Below are positions 59,501 to 64,000 of a DNA stretch of 64,000 nt, piece after piece; the first letter of the stretch is position 1, and every line of letters begins with the position of its first letter. Position numbers and translations under genes: made by a program. The notes beneath the pieces were generated by a model. It was given only the letters and a program-made list of their open reading frames with translations, ran no database searches and had not been told where the DNA came from. This DNA comes from Chrysomallon squamiferum (taxonomy: Eukaryota; Animalia; Mollusca), in contig CM022668.1 of assembly GCA_012295275.1 (NCBI GenBank), positions 13,144,001 through 13,208,000 of the forward strand. Reading direction: 5' to 3'.

Positions 59501-62500
59501 GGTGCTGATTATATTTAATTCTAGAAAGTGCTATATAAACTAAAATATAAAACAAAACTTACTCAAAATGGAATTAGCATTTACATCTGTTATGGCAACT
59601 GTTTCAGATCTTGAAACATCAAGCAGTCCAAACAACTTAAAGGTAAACAGAAAAAAATTATAAGAACCATGTATTTCTGTTTTGAAAATTTCATTTTAAA
59701 AATAATAAATTAATATTATCTTTCAACTGCAAACACAAAAAACAGAAAATGTCATAAGCATACACATACAAAGAACTTTCTTTCTTTTTTCCTTTTTTTA
59801 TTAATTTACTCAAATAATAATAAAAGAAAGTGTACAGTATTCCCTCGCTATTCGCGGGGGTTACGTTCTTTACCTCCCCGCGAATAGCGAAAAACCGCAA
59901 ATATTGGATGCAGTTTTAAAACGTCTATTATGAGATTATATACGGTACTAAATGCTTCCCAAACACTTTCTAAAGACACTCTTACTCATTAATACGGTAA
60001 TAATGTAGTAATATTGCATGCAGTTATGTATTTCACTAATGTAGTAATGATAATGTAAACACATTTTAATTTTGTACTGAAACAATATTTTAATCAGAAA
60101 GAAACGTAAGTACAGGAGGACAGTAACACCGCATAGCATAGTTACCCATACAGTATTACTGTACCGTAAAGTCATTTTCTGTGCGTAACATTTGTATTAG
60201 AATTGACAGAAAGTGGAACAAATTTAAAGGCAAACAGACAGATAAATACAGTACGCACAGTTCAGGTAATAATAATACAATTCAGTAATAATATGCAATT
60301 AAAAACATTATTAATACACGGTCACAAAAAATATGCACTGTACATACAGTGTATGCATTTATAAAAAAATACGTACTGTATTGCAATAATTATTGAAAAA
60401 ATTTGATATTGTTTGTGCGGTTTACCGAGCATTTGTTTTTATGACGTTATGACGCTAGCCTGGTAAACCAGCATACGATGCGATAGGGTTAAGAGCCTAA
60501 CCCGCAAATATGCGGGGCCGCGAATGGGGAACCGCGAACAGGTGAGGGTATACTGTATGCATTAATTCAAAGTGATAAGTTATTAATAATTTACAAAAGC
60601 AAAATCATGTAACACTGTGACGGTATCATAAATGATTTGAAGTTTTTATACAAAATGTATTTCAAATTTAACATATTTGAATAATATATGTCAAATTTGT
60701 GGAGCCTGTTTTGTTTTCAACTCACATACACATGCATTCACACTCAAAATATTGTGAATATCTGCCTCCAAGGGGTATAGGTTTCGTAATAATATATTAT
60801 AAATATTTTATATATTCTGTTATTAGCATTAAACTGAAAAATAACGTATCTAAATTAGGCATAACCGACTAAATTGGCTATGTCTGTTATCTATAATTTT
60901 TCTGTCAATGAAATTAACATAAAGCATGGATTTTCTGTTGAATAATGGAGTGTATATATACATCTGTGTGTGTGGGGGGAGGGGGAGTACATGCCTTTTG
61001 GGATTGACAAGATATTGTTACATGATTTTACAATAAATAATTGAAAAATGATGTAATAAAATAATAATAATAATAAAAATAAATTAATACTGAAAAATAT
61101 AGAAAATAACAAAAATGGTAACAGTAATAAAAATTCTACTTGAATAAACACAGTAAGAGTAATTGGCAAACAAATATACATACAGTATTTAATTAAGCTT
61201 TTGGTTGCAAACAGTGTTTCTGTAAGGAGCAAATGAAACACCCATAGTGTGTCTAATAGAATATCTGTGTTTGAATTATGTTTACTCTGAAGCAGGTGAC
61301 AGCAGTTAAACTTGAGTTAACCTTTGTGAGTCTGTCACAAACTTGGTTCATAATATTCATCTGATCAATCCACTCATCAATCAATACATTGATTTTTATT
61401 ATTATAATTCTATGTTTTATTACATTCATAATGACTTGAACTACTGCTAGTTAATACTTATATTAGTGCATAGAAATATGGTAATACAATTACAAATTAA
61501 GAACAACAATAAAAGTAGTTTTAAAATGTTCACTATCACATCCAAAAAGCTTCAGATCCTGCATTTTCAACATTGATATACATATATCCAGATTATAAAT
61601 GTTTGTAACATGAATCATGAATGATTATAGTTTTAATGATGAAAATTGTTGGTAACATTACTGAAAGATTAATTCTATTTTTCTTTTTTATGCTATAAAA
61701 ATTATAATTATTGAATTATAAACATTACATAGATACATCATATAATAATACTGTAAGCTTTAAATTAAATAAATTTTGAAATAAATTAAAGACAGTATGT
61801 TTTATATTGATCAAATGAACCAGCTAGATAGAGTTTTTTTTGTTTCAGTAAACTAAAAGTTATAAATCAACCATCCAGTGTAAATGAAGGTGACATCACA
61901 GGTTTTAAATATCCAATAAATGTCTATTAAATTATCACAAAACAGATATCTGTTTTATTGGTAATCACTTAATGTTAAATTAATACTGACAAATGCATTC
62001 TGATTCTGATAAATTGTAGTTACACAAGTAGACAACTATATACTATTATACAGTATATAATAAATATTTACAACTAAAACTGGTTCATCAGAGGTACTTG
62101 TTAATTAATTAAGAACAGGATATTATCATTACAAACTATTTCTAATTATAGAACTATTATATATTGAAATACAATTAGTATTATTAGTTGACTAAATAGA
62201 AATTCTTATCACACTATCATGCCTATGATTATGATTAATTAATATTTTAATTAGTGATTATAATCATTATTAATCCACTAAATTTTATTTTTGGTTCTTG
62301 ATTAAAGCACAAAATGTAATGTAAATAGCATGTGACATATTATTTGTTGGACTAAATAAATGATGAAAATAATATATGAGATACGTGACTCTGTCTCTTT
62401 AAGTTGACAAAGTTTAGTCTAACTGATTAAACTCATCGGTGGACATTGACTTATTTTAGAAAACGTGTTTAAATTAATACAACTGTGAAGAACAACAGTG

Positions 62501-62733
62501 CAAATATATTAATCAAAGTAATCAGAAAATTTTTACTTCTGATTTTTTTTTTTTTTAAATGCAAAATTAAGTTTATAGTTAAATCATCAAAAGGTGGAAC
62601 AAGTAACTTAGCAGACGTGAACACAGAACAGCTGTCATTAATAATTTAGCAATTAATGAACGATTAAGACACTTACCGAGACTGCAAATAAGTGACACAC
62701 ATAAACAGATTTCTTCCGCAAAAACGCCCCCAT
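46119..62733 (-). CDS. ERP44: Endoplasmic reticulum resident protein 44 (PDI family), 13 coding exons, 429 aa
   Basis: Exons 62733-62677, 59635-59563, 58933-58894, 57289-57220, 56408-56363, 54676-54492, 53688-53573, 53005-52948, 49240-49124, 48129-48018, 47726-47579, 47062-46963 and 46286-46119, all GT-AG with matching phases, 1290 nt. Signal peptide, VNFYADWCRFSQML, KYPTLKLFRNG..KREYRGQRS, KCVPLVREITFENAEELTEEGLPFLILFH, HPLHHLGK, AIDSFRHMY, LHSGKLHREFHHGPDP, C-terminal RYTILRDEL. Confidence 0.96.
46590..46900. repeat. ~102-105 bp higher-order tandem repeat built on (AAT)n
   Basis: AATTCCAATA landmarks at 46601, 46703 and 46808 with a recurring ATTGAT..AATAATTGTAGTAATAATAA pattern. Confidence 0.75.
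47250..47420. repeat. ~47 bp minisatellite, about 3.5 copies
   Basis: AATATTATCCTATTTTTTATTAATCTTAATTCTGAGCAAGT repeated. Confidence 0.8.
48838..49026. repeat. ~30 bp degenerate minisatellite
   Basis: ATAGATGATCTAAAAATGGTAAAATAATG-like units. Confidence 0.7.
50159..50342. repeat. Local duplication of a ~70 bp segment
   Basis: TTTTACATGCAT..GTTTGTATTA.TATTATCT.ATAATAAATAAGTGAAATTTT.ATAAACCTTTCAGAATTT occurs twice. Confidence 0.8.
52224..52311. repeat. (TG)n microsatellite
   Basis: Direct reading. Confidence 0.9.
59835..60555. mobile_element. Complete non-autonomous pogo/Tigger-like element (721 bp) in the first coding-region intron of ERP44
   Basis: TA|CAGTATTCCCTCGCTATTCGCGG ... CCGCGAACAGGTGAGGGTATACTG|TA: ~23 bp imperfect TIRs, TA target duplication, subterminal CCGCGAAT/CCGCAAAT repeats, no transposase ORF. 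Confidence 0.85.
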
Positions 62734-63140
62734 TCTGCAGATTTGGTACGGTAGAGATTTTCCTTTCAAGCGAAAAAATAAAACATGCACCTGCAACAAA
62801 ACAAATAGGGCTATGGAAGCTGAACTGGAAACTTCACACGCTACGATTCATGCAAATATGTACTGCATGCGAAATGGAAGGGAACCAGTCCAAAGAAACA
62901 GGATGTGTGCGTGTAATCTCGTTCGCTCAATGGTATCTTCGTAAAAGTAGTTTCAGTTTAATAAACTCTACCTGAGATTACACGTTTAACATTTTGTATA
63001 CTTCCAAATTACTGATTAAAAATCTGATCACCTTAGCTAATAATAATAACGTATGAAAATACAACAAAAGTAATCTTTAAAATTCAAGCCTAACCATTTC
63101 CCATTTATAACTATAGTCGTTACGTCATGTCATTGATTGT
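62734..63140 (-). promoter_or_regulatory. ERP44 5' UTR and promoter region
   Basis: CpG dinucleotides reappear immediately upstream of the ATG. Octamer ATGCAAAT ~62850, TGCATGCG, ETS-like CAGGATGT and TTACGTCA ~63120. Confidence 0.45.
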
Positions 63141-63232
63141 GGAATAGTTAGTTTTTCTTTTAAGAATTTCGGGCAAAAAATCTTCAGTTTACATTGAATT
63201 TAATTCAAAATAACTAAATAAATAAATAACAA

Positions 63233-63266
<34 letters not shown>

Positions 63267-64000
63267 CTGGTCTAAACCAAAAATAATCTGAAATAATCAT
63301 ACCTGTCAATTAACATTAATGTATCAAAGATGTTTTAACCAACAACAAAAATATATTTTTAAATATATTTATTATTTACAATATTCCACATTGCAAAAAT
63401 AAATAGTTACCAAAAATTTCTGTCTAAGATCTGCGCACTGTATAATTTGCATTTTTAAAGAACATTTAATCTTATATTTTACCTAACTAATAACTACTCA
63501 GCAATAAAAAAAAAAGTAATAATAATAAAAAATAAATAACTAAAACAAATACTCCAAACACATTAATATAGTTATTTTAAAATTTCATATTTTTAAGACT
63601 TTTTAATAGTGTGGATTTTTTTTCTTTATAATTTTATTATATACGGTTATTTCTGATATTTTACTTATTCTGATATATTGGATCACAGAACAGAAATTGC
63701 CGTCGAATTACAGAAAATTTGTTAATAATAAAAGTAATGGTTACCTATTCAATTACAAATATTTTATGGGACATACTACACTTTAGTCATTTTCAAAATT
63801 AGCTATACATCATAAATATTGAATTAAAGACATAATGAATTTAGTTCAATATTTATGATGTACAGCTAATTTATACGATTCTAAAACCACGTAAACGGGA
63901 TGTTAGAACAGCATTGCGCCAACGAGATAACAGTCTATATGATTCAATTAACTGGTAATCATTCGTATGGTATTTTCAATTTATTTTCTATAATAGCGGT

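Overview
Eukaryotic, very AT-rich and microsatellite-dense DNA from a mollusc, probably an octopod cephalopod (inferred from the sensorin gene and repeat content). Nearly all ORF-track entries are microsatellite artefacts. Four spliced genes were reconstructed by hand with GT-AG boundaries and consistent phases: (1) a sensorin-type neuropeptide precursor (minus strand, predicted AASYRMGYLF-amide) in a ~26 kb CpG-rich domain with eight perfect CRE palindromes, three candidate first exons and a candidate antisense exon; (2) MAIP1 (minus, 5 exons, 291 aa) head-to-head with (3) TYW5 (plus, 7 exons, 325 aa), the same divergent arrangement as in human; (4) ERP44 (minus, 13 coding exons, 429 aa, CRFS and RDEL motifs). 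A fifth, unidentified minus-strand gene probably starts near position 357 and runs off the left edge. There are several pogo/Tigger-like MITEs, one closely resembling mammalian Tigger4/MER46. No rRNA, tRNA, CRISPR array or prokaryotic feature was seen. Comparisons with human and Aplysia sequences are from memory and need alignment.
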